A DNA stretch of 64,000 nucleotides. Source: an uncultured Actinomycetes bacterium. Lineage in GTDB: Bacteria; Actinomycetota; Acidimicrobiia; IMCC26256; DASPTH01. How positions within the stretch are numbered: position 1 is the first letter of the stretch; every line of letters starts with the position of its first letter. The notes beneath the pieces are model-generated. The model saw only the letters and a list, made by a program, of their open reading frames with translations. It was not told where the DNA came from and did no database searches. The translations under genes and the position numbers were made by a program. Location of the stretch: positions 281,230 to 345,229 of the forward strand of contig CAVWPI010000007.1 in assembly GCA_963756895.1 (NCBI GenBank), in the 5' to 3' direction. This document shows positions 33,584 to 44,448 of the stretch, piece by piece.

Positions 33584-34702
33584 ATGAGTGAGGTCTTGGT
33601 AGGGGGAGACAAGGACTTTCTCCTGGTGCGCCACCTCGTGTTGCGTGGCAGTCAGCGTGCCATCGGACGGTCCCTGGCCGTCGAGGTGCAGCGCCGGTTC
33701 ATGCAAGCCCCCCTCGACGGAGATCCGCTGCGCCTTCGCGCGCGCCGACGTTGGTTCGAGCGGAACTGGCCGCAACACGCTGCCCGCATGGAAGGAATCG
33801 CTGAAGTTCTGAGTCCGATCGGCGGCGCTGACGGTTCGGATGTCGCCGACCTACCCGCGGTCCCATTCCGAGCAGGGTGCTCAGCACTGTGGTGCCCGCC
33901 TTCCGCCTCGAGCGATGGACGTGCACGCATCGGACGGAACTTCGACTTCGTGACCGGTTCGGCACTCGAAGTGGCGGGGCTGGCTCCCGACGCTGAGCAG
34001 CCGCCGATGCTGTCTCGGCCCTACGTGATCGAAACCTATCCCGACGACGGGCACGCTGCCCTCGCAGTCGCCGGTTTGGATCTCAGCGGCTGCTTCGACG
34101 GCGTCAACGATGCCGGGCTCGCCGTGGCTCTCTTCGCCGACGACGAGAGCGACAACCTCCGCCCCACTCTCCAGGTCCAAGCCGGCCTCCACGAACTCCA
34201 GCTCCCACGGTTTCTGCTCGACACCTGCACAACGGTCGACGAAGCCATCGAGGCGCTCTACGGAGCGAAGCAGTACGACAACTTCATCACCTGCCACTAC
34301 CTCGTCGCTGACAGCGCCGGCGACGCCTTCGTGTGGGAACGCGACACCCACAACCGCGAACACGTGATCCGAGCAATCGACGCGCCGATGTGCGTGACCA
34401 ACTACCTCCTGCACCGTCATCCAGGCGTCGATGCGCTCCCCGCCGATCGACCCGACGCCAACATGTACCAGCGAGCCCAGATCCTCGACTCGAGAACGCG
34501 CACAGGCCCGCTGTCCCACCACGACATCGCCGACGCGCTCCGCACGGTGCGCGTCGAGGGCCCCGATCCCGTCGCTCGAACGGTCTGGAGCGCGATCTAC
34601 GACCTCGAAGCACGATCCGTCGAGCTCGACTTCTACCTCGGCGAAACCCCGCACGGTCAGCAACGCCGCAGCCCTCCCATCCAGATCGCCCTCGCCGGAT
34701 AG
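33584..34702 (+). CDS. C45-family Ntn hydrolase/acyltransferase
   Basis: Autoprocessing site G|CSA, GRNFDF, DGVNDAGL, VTNY. Confidence 0.85.
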   Translation: MSEVLVGGDKDFLLVRHLVLRGSQRAIGRSLAVEVQRRFMQAPLDGDPLRLRARRRWFERNWPQHAARMEGIAEVLSPIGGADGSDVADLPAVPFRAGCSALWCPPSASSDGRARIGRNFDFVTGSALEVAGLAPDAEQPPMLSRPYVIETYPDDGHAALAVAGLDLSGCFDGVNDAGLAVALFADDESDNLRPTLQVQAGLHELQLPRFLLDTCTTVDEAIEALYGAKQYDNFITCHYLVADSAGDAFVWERDTHNREHVIRAIDAPMCVTNYLLHRHPGVDALPADRPDANMYQRAQILDSRTRTGPLSHHDIADALRTVRVEGPDPVARTVWSAIYDLEARSVELDFYLGETPHGQQRRSPPIQIALAG

Positions 34703-34789
34703 CAACCCACTCGGACGCGCGCGCTCGAAATCGCTGGTCGGGGTCCGACTCGATGGGACAGGCTGATCGAGCTGCGTGGAGGCGGACCT

Positions 34790-35506
34790 GTGGACGACTG
34801 GGATCGGCACGTCGAGTTCGAGGCGTGCTCCAACTACCGAGATCTCGGCGGGTACGCCACGATCGACGACAAGGAGGTCCGTCGCGGTGCGCTCTACCGG
34901 TCGGACTCACTCCATCGCCTGTCACCCGATGACCTCGCCACCCTGGCCGCGTTGCGGGTACGTGCGGTCATCGATTCACGCACCAGCGCCGAGGTCGCCG
35001 GACACGGACGCGCCGCTGATCACGAGGAACGACTGTTCAAGCACCTTCCATGCCCAGACGCGTCCGACGACCATCTCGAACCACGCGCTGACATCTACCT
35101 CCCGTTCGCCCAGCTACGCGGCCCTCAGATCGCAACCGCACTTCAGTTCATCGCACACGAGGACGGGCCAATCGTTTTCCACTGCATGGCGGGGAAGGAC
35201 CGCACCGGTGTACTCGCCGCTCTCCTTCTCGCAGCCTTCGGCGTCCCGGACTCGGTCATCGCCGAGGACTACGCGCTGACCGAACGAAGCCTCGCTCCGG
35301 CGACCGCGTGGGCTTCCGAGCACGAACCGGAATGGGCGGCTTGGTTTGCAGCTGCGCCGAGCGAGAGGCTCACCGCGCCCTCAGACGCCATGCTGGGGTT
35401 CCTCAGACAGCTCCGTGCCGCGGACGGAACTGTCGAGGACTACTTCGCCAGCACAGGCGTCGAAGCGCGAACGCTTGATGCACTTCGAGTGCGCTACCTC
35501 GCCTGA
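34790..35506 (+). CDS. Protein-tyrosine phosphatase (PtpB-like)
   Basis: NYRDLGGY, LYRSD, HCMAGKDRTG, EDYALT. Confidence 0.9.
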   Translation: MDDWDRHVEFEACSNYRDLGGYATIDDKEVRRGALYRSDSLHRLSPDDLATLAALRVRAVIDSRTSAEVAGHGRAADHEERLFKHLPCPDASDDHLEPRADIYLPFAQLRGPQIATALQFIAHEDGPIVFHCMAGKDRTGVLAALLLAAFGVPDSVIAEDYALTERSLAPATAWASEHEPEWAAWFAAAPSERLTAPSDAMLGFLRQLRAADGTVEDYFASTGVEARTLDALRVRYLA

Positions 35507-35541
35507 AGCGAACCCTGCAGACCAGTTCGGCAGTTCCCGAG

Positions 35542-36024
35542 TCAGCGCGTCGTGGAGAGCGCGGCGACGTACAGCGCCGATGGATTGCCTGGCTGCCAGC
35601 CCGGTAGTGGGTCGATGCAGTCGATCTGCACAAACCCACGACGCTCCCAAAATGCTCGCGTCGCAACGTACGGCTCGTAGCCCGCGGAAGCGTCCAACGT
35701 CTTCACCTCGACGAGCACGACACCCTCTGCGCGCAAGCAGTCGAGCGCCGCGTCTACGAGCCGTGTACCGATGGCTGCTCGCTGTCGCTCAGGTGTGACG
35801 GCAGCGATCACGATCTCAGCAGACGTCGGATACCGACGTTCAACGAAGATGACGCCTTCGATGGAATCAGTGTCGACCGCAACCCACACCAAGTGTTCGC
35901 TGACAGCGGCACGCATTTGCTCGTGAGTGTCCGGAGTGAAGTGTTCGGGCAACCGCTCGAGTATCTGGACGCACGCGACAGCATCCTGGCGTGTGGCCCG
36001 GCGAATGTCGATCACACGGTGCAT
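35542..36024 (-). CDS. GNAT N-acetyltransferase
   Basis: AVTPERQRAAIGTRL, VKTL, TRAFWERRGF. Confidence 0.85.
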   Translation of the reverse strand: MHRVIDIRRATRQDAVACVQILERLPEHFTPDTHEQMRAAVSEHLVWVAVDTDSIEGVIFVERRYPTSAEIVIAAVTPERQRAAIGTRLVDAALDCLRAEGVVLVEVKTLDASAGYEPYVATRAFWERRGFVQIDCIDPLPGWQPGNPSALYVAALSTTR

Positions 36025-36237
36025 GATGCTCGTTCCACGAACGCCCATGCGACAGTTCGGACGCGCAGCCGTGGGTCCTTGATTGGGCGATCGGGGCACC
36101 CACGGCACTCCCACGCGAACGGGCATCCAGGCGGCGGGTGATGTGCGCACCTGAGGCAGCAGTCGGATGCCCCACCTTCCGAAGCTGGTGTCCGCACTGG
36201 CGTTGCTTCTCGATCCGCCATCAAGCAGGCTTCGTCG

Positions 36238-36711
36238 GTGCCAGTTGAGGTCGAGTTCATCTCCGCGCTGGAGGCCCCACCCGCCGTCGTGTGGGATCGA
36301 GTCGTACGGGTGACCGGCGCGAACGATGAGCTGTGGCCGCTCGCGAAGATGACGCGGCCGTCCGTTGTCGACCGCCTTACTGCGCCCGGGCACGGAGGGC
36401 TTCCCCCGTTCCGCAGCTGGTTTCTGCTGTTCGGCGTGGTGCCGATTGATCGCCGCACCATGGAGTTCGAGGTGCTCGAAGAAGGGCGTTTGGTCGAGAG
36501 CTCGACCAGCTGGCTCAACGGGAGAGCGCGTCACGAGCGAACAGCAATCGCGGGTATGGGTGGTTCAACGGTTCTCACCGACAGGTTGGTCGTCGAGTCC
36601 CGTGGAGTGCTCGTGGACGCGCTGATTCGGGCGAGTGTCACACAGACGTTCCGCCGTCGTCACCGCCGGCTCCGTCGGCACTTCCAAAAGGCTTATCGTG
36701 CGCCCGAGTGA
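36238..36711 (+). CDS. SRPBCC-like hypothetical protein
   Basis: LEAPPAVVWDRV...TDRL...FRRRHRRL pattern. Confidence 0.65.
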   Translation: MPVEVEFISALEAPPAVVWDRVVRVTGANDELWPLAKMTRPSVVDRLTAPGHGGLPPFRSWFLLFGVVPIDRRTMEFEVLEEGRLVESSTSWLNGRARHERTAIAGMGGSTVLTDRLVVESRGVLVDALIRASVTQTFRRRHRRLRRHFQKAYRAPE

Positions 36712-37424
36712 CCGGAGGCGTTACAGCTCGTCCTTGAGGTGCCGATACAGGGCGTGCTAGCTTGCCGGCTCCGGCGGAGCCCTGCGGCGGCAATGGCGCG
36801 GCCTGCGTGTAGGCGGGTCTCGATCCAGCCTCGAACTCCAGCTTCGACCCGATCGATGTCGCGACCCGCTGTCCAAAGCGTCGGCCGTAGGTAGAGCACT
36901 CGCGTCTGCTGCGAGGGCGCTGTTGAACTCGACCCACCTCGCGAACCGAACCGGGGTCCGCGTTGGGTTCGCGGAGGGTAAGTCTTGCGCGGAGGACCTC
37001 GGGTGGACAGGTCAAGCACAAGAACTGCACCGAGTCGAAGTAGTCGACGAGGTCTCGGTTCGCGAGAGCTGTTCAGGCCTCATGACCGAGAAATACACAA
37101 CGACGACTCGGTTCTGAGCGAGTTCATGCGCCAGGCGCAACATGGTGCGCCAGAAGGACTCGTAATCTTCGTTCGGCGAGGCAACGCTGACGAGCTCGTT
37201 GGCGAAGATGTCCGCGTCGAGGAGCACCGCGCCAGGAATCGTTCCCGCGAGCCGTGCGGCAGACGGTGGACTTGCCGATTCCGACGGTGCCGGTGACCAC
37301 CAAGAGCTTCAGACGAGTGAAGCGGCGCTCGGTGACTACAACCCGGGCAGCGCAGCACACCGCCATCCGGCGGGATCTGGTCTGGGAAGGTGCTCCGTCC
37401 GCAGGCGTCACATGTGAACGGCAC
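36693..37424 (-). pseudogene. P-loop kinase (AAA_33-like) with N-terminal zinc finger; several frameshifts
   Basis: CDAC...CPGC, TGTVGIGKST, LLDAD, LTCPPEVLRARL in different frames. Confidence 0.6.
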
Positions 37425-37766
37425 CGCGCGATGATGGCAGCGACCTGAGTCCGGCGCTACGCCTCGGCGATGCAAGTGCGAGGATCGGGCAGAACGCCAG
37501 CACGGCAGCTGTACGTCCGGTCGTCAAACCGTGGGGTCAGCCTCACGCCATGACGATTCGCTCTCGGCTTCCAGCGCGTCGGGAACCTACGGAGCACCGA
37601 CGCCGTCGATCTCGAGTCCGTTGTAGCAACCAGTCGCGGCCGGTGATCGACGTCCCTTGGTCCTCGACGAACGTTGCCGAGGCGATGAACTGCTTCCCGG
37701 TCCGGCGCATCGGGCGCATCCGTTCAGTAGCACTGGCCAGGACTTCACCGTGCCAAAATCGGGACC

Positions 37767-38125
37767 GTGTCATCCTTCATCTTCAACGTGACATTCGACT
37801 GCGCCGACCCGAGATCGCTCGCCACGTTCTGGTCCGCAGTCACCGGCTACGAGCCGGGCGAAGTGAGAGACGACTTCGCTCGGCTGAACGCTCCCGACCA
37901 TCGAGGCGTCAGACACATCCTCTTCTTTCTGTCGTGGAACCGAAGACGGCCAAGAACCGGATGCATGTCGACCTCGCGACTCGCGACGCCGAAGCTGAGA
38001 TCGCGCGCTTGCTCGATCTCGGCGGTTCTCTCGTCGATGGCACACCTCCGCGATGGCGAACCGGGAACGGAACCCAGTGGGTCGTTCTGCAGGACCCCGA
38101 AGGAAACGAGTTCTGCCTCGGCTGA
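37767..38125 (+). CDS. VOC (Glyoxalase_6) protein; frameshift near 37930
   Basis: VTFDCADPRSLATFW...KNRMHVDL...DPEGNEFC. Confidence 0.85.
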
Positions 38126-38328
38126 GGTCCGGGTGGCAGTCACGGCTTGGCCACTTCGGCCGCCGCCAAGTCACACACAGAGCCTGGGCAGGCGGGCGAC
38201 GCAGGCAGTCATGCGCTGATTGTTCTGACTGAGTCACTGCTCCACCGCCGATTCTCCGAGGAGTTCGTCGTGTTCGTAGCGTTGACTGATTCGGTGCGCA
38301 GGTACCTCCGAGAGCGAGAGGTCAGAGG

Positions 38329-39370
38329 ATGGGCGTCATTTCCGACTTGGTGCGCTGGCCACTGATTCAAGCGCCGATGGGTGGCGGCCCCAGTCGTCCC
38401 GAACTGGCGGCGGCGGTGAGCAACGCCGGCGGGATGGGCTTTCTCGCTGCCGGCTACAAGACCGCGGATGAGATGCTCGGTGAGATTGCAACGACCGCGC
38501 GCCTCGACCGATCAACCATTCGGGGTGAACGCGTTTGTGCCGTACGCCCCGCCGATCGATGCTCCATCGTTGGAGGACTATCTGGCGCTCCTCGAAGTCG
38601 AGGCGGGCGTGCTCGGCGTATCCCTCGGCCCTTCCGGGTGGAGCGATGACGACTGGGACGCCAAGCTGGCTGGCCTTGTGGAGCACCCGGTCGTGGTCGT
38701 CAGTTTCGCGTTTGGATGTCCGTCCCTTGACGTCATCGGCGCCCTTCACCGGGTTGGCACGCGTGTCATGGTCACGATCACAAACCCCGCGGATGCAGAC
38801 CTCGCGGTCGCACGCGGCGTTGATGCGCTGTGCGTGCAGGGCATCGAAGCTGGCGCTCACCGCGGTGGCTTCACCGACGAGGAACGCGACGATGGCCTCG
38901 GGCTGCTCGCACTCATCGGCGCCGTTCGCGCCCGAACCGATACGCCACTCGTCGCGGCAGGAGGGATCATGGACGGATACGACCTGGCGGCCGTGCTCGT
39001 GGCGGGCGCGGAAGCTGCACAGATCGGCACCGCGTTCGTGCGCAGCCCTGAGAGCGGGGCACACGAGACCTACAAGGCAGCCTTGGCCGATCCCCAGTTC
39101 ACAACCACAGCAATCACACGTGCCTTCAGCGGTCGGCGTGCCCGTGGCCTGGTGAACCAGTTCATGCTCGACCATCCATCCGCGCCGAGCGCGTACCCGC
39201 AGATCAACGGAGCAACGCGCCCGCTCCGCGCCGAAGCCGCCCGACTCGGCGATGCGCACCGCATGAGCTTGTGGGCAGGACAGGGGTTCCGGCGTGCCGA
39301 AACGCGCCCAGCGGCTGAGATCGTGGATCGGATCATGACCGGCTACCACGCCGCGATCGCCGACATCTGA
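38329..39370 (+). CDS. Nitronate monooxygenase family; frameshift near 38495
   Basis: [31 protein letters not shown]. Confidence 0.9.
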
Positions 39371-39510
39371 GCCTCACGTCGCTCGGCGGATTGCCTCGTG
39401 GCGCAGTGCTTCGACGAACGCGGTCCGATCTCGACTGCGTGCGCCTGCTCTCGACTGGCCGCGATCCGAGGTCAGGCGTCGCTCTCAGCGCCTTCTGCCA
39501 TGCTGGCAGC

Positions 39511-40845
39511 ATGTCGAGGCATCCGGTCGAGTGGCTGAGAAACGGAGAGCGTCACATCGCGTACCAGGTGACGGGTCAAGGGCCACCGGACCTGGTGTTC
39601 CTGGGAACCTGGGCGAGCAATCTCGACAGGGATTGGGACGACCCGAGCACGTCCGGATTCTTCGATCGACTCGCGGCATCGTCTCGCCTCGTCCGCGTCG
39701 ACCTGTCCGGAATCGGACTTTCGGACCGGGTGCTCCCGGCACCCGACTTCGCCCTGGAGCAGTGGGCCGACGAGGTCATGGGCGTCTTGGATGCGATCGG
39801 CTCCGAGGCGGCGTGCATCTGGGCCGAGGGCTGGTCGGGTCCGCTGGGCGTGTTCCTCGCCGCCCATTTTCCCGACCGGTTCGAGCGTCTCGTCCTCACC
39901 AACACCTTCGCCAAACTCGAAGAATGTGACGATCATCCGTTCGGTGTGTCCAGCGAGACCATTTCGGCGAGTCGTGCGGTCCTGCTCGACGGTTGGGGGA
40001 ACGGCGCGACGCTCGACATGTTGGGCCTCCCACATGACGAGGTGACGCGGCGCCGGTACGCCGAGTACGAGCGGTCTGCGATCTCACGTGGCGACCTTTC
40101 GTGCCTCATCGACGTCTACTTGGCCATCGATGTCCGCGACCTGCTTTCCCGCGTCGATCTCCCAACGCTCGTACTCCACGAAGCGAACCATCTCGTCAGC
40201 GACGGGCAGGCTCGATGCCTCGCCGACGGCATCGCATCGAGTCGGCTGCAATTGCTGAGCGACCAGTACTTCTGGCGACTCGCCGAAGATGACTACCCAG
40301 CAGGAATCGACATCGCGCTCACTTTCCTGACGGGCGTCGCCTTCGAGCGGGACCTCAACCGCGAACTTCTGACCATCGTGCTCATTGACATCGTCGAGTC
40401 CACACGACACGTCCAAGTGCTCGGGGATCGCCGATGGACCGCAGCGCTCGAGCAATTCGACAAGATGGTCCTCACGCAGCTGCAGCGTTACCGCGGGGAA
40501 TACATCAACTCCACCGGCGACGGCCTGCTTGCTGTCTTCCACAGCCCGACGCGAGCGCTGCAGTGGAGCCTGGCGATGTTGTCCGAGGTGCAGAACCTCG
40601 GCATGGAACTCCGAGCGGGAATCCACACCGGCGAATGCCTGCGCATCGGCGACGAAGTTCGCGGGGTCGCGGTACACGTCGCGTCGCGCTTGCTCAAGGT
40701 CGCGACGCCATCCCAGGTACTGCTGACGCAGAGCGCCAAGGACCTGATCGGCGACCAAGCCTCTCTCGAGGCCCGCGGAGCCCACGACCTCGAGGGCGTG
40801 ACGGGCGAGTGGTTCCTCTACTCCGCTACGACGCCCGCGGACTAG
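39511..40845 (+). CDS. Alpha/beta-hydrolase domain + class III adenylate cyclase (LipJ/Rv1900c-like)
   Basis: IAYQVTGQGP N-domain; DIVEST, TGDG, RAGIHTGE, AVHVASR. Confidence 0.88.
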   Translation: MSRHPVEWLRNGERHIAYQVTGQGPPDLVFLGTWASNLDRDWDDPSTSGFFDRLAASSRLVRVDLSGIGLSDRVLPAPDFALEQWADEVMGVLDAIGSEAACIWAEGWSGPLGVFLAAHFPDRFERLVLTNTFAKLEECDDHPFGVSSETISASRAVLLDGWGNGATLDMLGLPHDEVTRRRYAEYERSAISRGDLSCLIDVYLAIDVRDLLSRVDLPTLVLHEANHLVSDGQARCLADGIASSRLQLLSDQYFWRLAEDDYPAGIDIALTFLTGVAFERDLNRELLTIVLIDIVESTRHVQVLGDRRWTAALEQFDKMVLTQLQRYRGEYINSTGDGLLAVFHSPTRALQWSLAMLSEVQNLGMELRAGIHTGECLRIGDEVRGVAVHVASRLLKVATPSQVLLTQSAKDLIGDQASLEARGAHDLEGVTGEWFLYSATTPAD

Positions 40846-40924
40846 TCGAGATCAACGGTTGTCACACACCGTGCTTTTCGCAAGCGCGCCGACGCGACGT
40901 TCTTCGCCGCTCACGGTCGTGAGA

Positions 40925-40963
40925 CGAGCGGCACCCTTCCTACGAGGTGAAGGGTGCCGCTCG
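40925..40963. terminator. Strong hairpin between convergent genes
   Basis: 15-bp perfect stem CGAGCGGCACCCTTC/GAAGGGTGCCGCTCG. Confidence 0.7.
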
Positions 40964-41173
40964 AGTGAAGCCGACACGCGCGCAGTGGCCCCCACAGCGA
41001 ACGCCGGTCGACGGCAGTATCGGAAGCGCGGCACCTCAAGGCAACACGTCGTGCCGAGAGTCACTCTCCGCGAGCTGAGACTCGTCATCATCACGCCGTG
41101 GTGACCCTCGCCGACGAGGTGCTCGCAACGGCGATGGTGCAGCGCGGGGTTCTGAAAGAACGGACGTGATGCC

Positions 41174-41431
41174 TCAGTCGGCGTCGGCCGCGGTCGCGCA
41201 GTCCCGACACGCGCCGCGGCTGATCGTCACGGACCGGAAGTTGTGATCCGCGAAGCGGTGGAGGCCCTCGGTGGAGAGGCCGCAGAGCGTCCATGCGCCG
41301 CCCGGCTCGGCGCCGTGAAGAACGCCATCCGCGACCCACAGCGGGCGGTCGTCATCGACCTGGCTGCCGGCGATGATCCCTTGGGACGTGGGCCCGCGGT
41401 TCGTCGACGTCGCGTAGACACAGAACTTCAT
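41174..41431 (-). CDS. Small hypothetical protein, possibly zinc-binding
   Basis: LHG...TLCG...CRDC; high GC3. Confidence 0.55.
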   Translation of the reverse strand: MKFCVYATSTNRGPTSQGIIAGSQVDDDRPLWVADGVLHGAEPGGAWTLCGLSTEGLHRFADHNFRSVTISRGACRDCATAADAD

Positions 41432-41628
41432 GTCCGAAGGGTACGGCGCGGGTGCGCCATGCAAGACGCGACGAGGCCCCGACCCAAACGGTCGCCAGAT
41501 CGAGCAGTTCTGTATTTCGGCCTGGGTGGCCTTGTTCACCGCGCCGTGGGCACTCGGTAGAGTGGCCCGTCGCTCCTTTGGCGCGGTGGAACCGGAGCTC
41601 GGGACGCCTCCACCCGAGGAGGCTCCCC

Positions 41629-42648
41629 TTGTCGCAATCATCGCCTGATCCCCTGCATCGCGTCGGCTGGTCCGACCGTGTGCAGGCGCTGTTCTCGTCG
41701 TTCGATCACCCCGGGGTTGTCCCCGCTCGGGTGGTGGGTGTGGAGCGCGGGTGGTGCCGAGTCGTCACACCCGCCGGCGACCGATCCCTCGAGGTTCCAG
41801 GGATGGCCGTGGGCGATTGGATCGCCCTCGACGGTGAGGCGGTCCACGGCGTCGTCCCCCGTTGGTCGGCCCTTGCGCGCCTCGGACCCGACGGCACCCG
41901 ACAGGTGCTCGCGGCGAACCTCGATCTGGTCCTGATCGCCGCGCCGGCGGACCGTCTCTCACCGGCTCGCGTCGAACGCGAGGTCGTGCTCGCCTGGGAG
42001 AGCGGTGCACGACCGATCGTCGTGCTCACCAAGCTCGATCTCGCCGCAACCGGCGCGGCCGAGGATCTCGTCGATCGACTCCCCGCCGTCGATGTGATCG
42101 CGACAAGCGCGGTCACCGGTGACGGGATCGACGTAGCCCGCGCCATCCTGACCCACCCGATCACGGCGGTGCTCCTCGGTCCTTCGGGGGCCGGGAAATC
42201 GGCGCTCGTCAACGCGCTACTCGGCGAGGAGCGCCTCGCCGTCGGCACCGTGCGCGAGCAGGACCGTCGCGGCCGGCACACGACCACGTCGCGACGACTC
42301 GTGTCCCTCCCGTCCGGCGGGTCCCTCATCGACATGCCCGGGCTTCGAAGCCTCGGCACCGACGCAACCAACGATTCCGTGGCGGCGACGTTTCCCGACA
42401 TCGACGAGCTCGCGAGGCATTGCAGATTCGCTGACTGCAGCCACGAGACCGAACCCGGGTGCGCGGTCAATGCAGCCTCGGGCACGGGAGCACTCGACCC
42501 GGCCCGCTTGTCGAGCTACCGCAAGCTCCTGAACGAGACCGCCTTCGAGCGCCGCCGCGCCGACCGCCGCGCCGAGCAGGCCCACACCCAGTTGTGGAAG
42601 ACGCGAGCGAAAGAGTTGCGCCGCACATACCGAGACCGCAACAGGTGA
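41629..42648 (+). CDS. rsgA: Ribosome small subunit-dependent GTPase A
   Basis: TKLD, GPSGAGKS, GRHTTT, DMPG, CRFADCSHETEPGCAV; RBS GAGGAGG. Confidence 0.92.
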   Translation: MSQSSPDPLHRVGWSDRVQALFSSFDHPGVVPARVVGVERGWCRVVTPAGDRSLEVPGMAVGDWIALDGEAVHGVVPRWSALARLGPDGTRQVLAANLDLVLIAAPADRLSPARVEREVVLAWESGARPIVVLTKLDLAATGAAEDLVDRLPAVDVIATSAVTGDGIDVARAILTHPITAVLLGPSGAGKSALVNALLGEERLAVGTVREQDRRGRHTTTSRRLVSLPSGGSLIDMPGLRSLGTDATNDSVAATFPDIDELARHCRFADCSHETEPGCAVNAASGTGALDPARLSSYRKLLNETAFERRRADRRAEQAHTQLWKTRAKELRRTYRDRNR

Positions 42649-42761
42649 GTAGCGACGTTCATCCCGACGCAATGAGCAGCTTGCGCATCGCAAAGGAGCC
42701 GAATGCGGCAGTCGTGTAGCCGTCCGGGGTCGCCCTCAGGACGTGCCCCGTCCGACCACGG

Positions 42762-44249
42762 TCACCGGAACCTGGCTTCTGGGAATTGAGGCGGCGATCC
42801 ACTCAGGAGTGGCTCGGTCTCCCCACGCAGATGCGCACCGAGGAAGGCGAGTACGTACGCAGACTGGAGCGTGAAACCGCGCCCTGGATCGACGGCGCCG
42901 ATGTCGAACGAGTCGCGAGGTTCGTTGGACGGCCGGAACAGGGAAAGAGCCGGCCAGTCCGTGAACGTCATGTGGCCCGTGCCGCGCAGGAACAGGGATT
43001 GCGCCGCAGACGAACTGGTTCGAAACGTCGTCCAAGTCTCGTCTTCGGGCCGGTCGCTGCTCACGAGCAGGAACGGTCGGTCGAGACCGGTCGTGATCAC
43101 GTCGCCGTAGAGCGTTCCGTCAAGGTTGACCCCAGCATCGAACCGATCATCGACGCGCATTGCTTCGGCGGCCGTCGCGCCACCAAGCGAGTGGCCGACG
43201 AACGCAACGCGTTCGAGGTCGAGCGCGTCATGGAACGGGCTGGTCACGTCGGCGTCCAGAGCCTGTAGGTCATCGAGGACTGCTCGAGCGTCGGCCACGC
43301 GGACCGCCACCCTGGTGTCTTCGGAAGCATCCTCGGCTCGAACTGTGTGCCCATCGGGAAATTCGACGAGTTGACCGTCGCCTGGGTGATCCAGCACGGC
43401 AACGAAGTAGCCGTGGCTGGCAATCTCGGCGCTGAGACCGCTGTACAGAGTGCGGCTGATGCCTTGCCCGGGCGACACCAGGACGATCGGCAGTCGCCCC
43501 GACGCAGGCTTCACCGGTGACGACTTCGTGGCGTGTGTGGTGACGGTACTGACATCCCGTGCTGGAACTGCGAGTTGCTCGGCCAGGAAGAGGGACGTGG
43601 CGGCCGGCGCATACGGAGCGTCGGTGCCCGCCGGCCGGGGCTGAGCGTTGGTGGGATACCAGAGCTGCACCGGGATGTCCCGACCGGCGCGTGCGCGATC
43701 GTTCACCACGACGGTCTGATTCCCGAGCTCGTCCTTGCCGGTCGGGATCGGGAGCGACACGGGAGCCATGTGGAGCGCGACGCGCGATCGCAGGGGGATC
43801 GACTTGAAGTTCAGTTCCGAGATCTGCCCGGTGTCGTCGACACCGATCGAGATGACGTGGCGGGGGCCGTTCGACCCGAGTTGGATCGCGGCTTCGAGAG
43901 CGTTTGGTCCGGCACTGATGATGCCGTCGAACCTGGCGTGGGACGCATCTGCGCCTTCGGCAAGCGCGGAGTTGAGTTGTGCGGGCGTTACCTCGGCGAG
44001 GAAGTCATGTGAGAAGTGGGCTTCGATCGCTGCCACTGCGATCGGCTGGTGGCGCGCCGCGCCGAGCAGCCATCGGAACTGCTCGCCGACAGCATCATGG
44101 GGAATGGTCGACGAGACGTAGCTCACCGGTGCTGCGGCTCGAGCCTCCGCGTTCGTCACGCCTGCGTTCGTCACGAGGACCAATGCCGAAGCGCCGACGG
44201 CGACACCAAGCAGCGCGCGACGCCAACGCCTCGAGTTCGAGCGACCCAT
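42762..44249 (-). CDS. Secreted alpha/beta-hydrolase (PAF-AH-like) with an N-terminal Cpe/LpqF-like domain
   Basis: Signal peptide; VQLWYP, DHPGD, GHSLGG, NLDG, HMTFTD. Confidence 0.8.
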   Translation of the reverse strand: MGRSNSRRWRRALLGVAVGASALVLVTNAGVTNAEARAAAPVSYVSSTIPHDAVGEQFRWLLGAARHQPIAVAAIEAHFSHDFLAEVTPAQLNSALAEGADASHARFDGIISAGPNALEAAIQLGSNGPRHVISIGVDDTGQISELNFKSIPLRSRVALHMAPVSLPIPTGKDELGNQTVVVNDRARAGRDIPVQLWYPTNAQPRPAGTDAPYAPAATSLFLAEQLAVPARDVSTVTTHATKSSPVKPASGRLPIVLVSPGQGISRTLYSGLSAEIASHGYFVAVLDHPGDGQLVEFPDGHTVRAEDASEDTRVAVRVADARAVLDDLQALDADVTSPFHDALDLERVAFVGHSLGGATAAEAMRVDDRFDAGVNLDGTLYGDVITTGLDRPFLLVSSDRPEDETWTTFRTSSSAAQSLFLRGTGHMTFTDWPALSLFRPSNEPRDSFDIGAVDPGRGFTLQSAYVLAFLGAHLRGETEPLLSGSPPQFPEARFR

Positions 44250-44448
44250 CCGTGTCTCCGATTCTCGTGGCCCACCCGACAAGTCAGGATTGGTCCACGT
44301 TCATGACGAGCCAAGCGCGATCTCGTCTACGTGGAACTCCGGGGAGAGGCGAAGGCTCAAGTCGAGCGAGGTCAAGGCCAGGCTCAAACACGGCGTCGCA
44401 ACCAAGAGAACTACGCCGGACGCTACACCCACCGCGATCGTGGGTTCG

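Noticed and set aside
40964-41170. Possible small RNA ending at the 40925 hairpin
   Set aside because: Only short hairpins and no recognisable family; a terminator explains the main stem.
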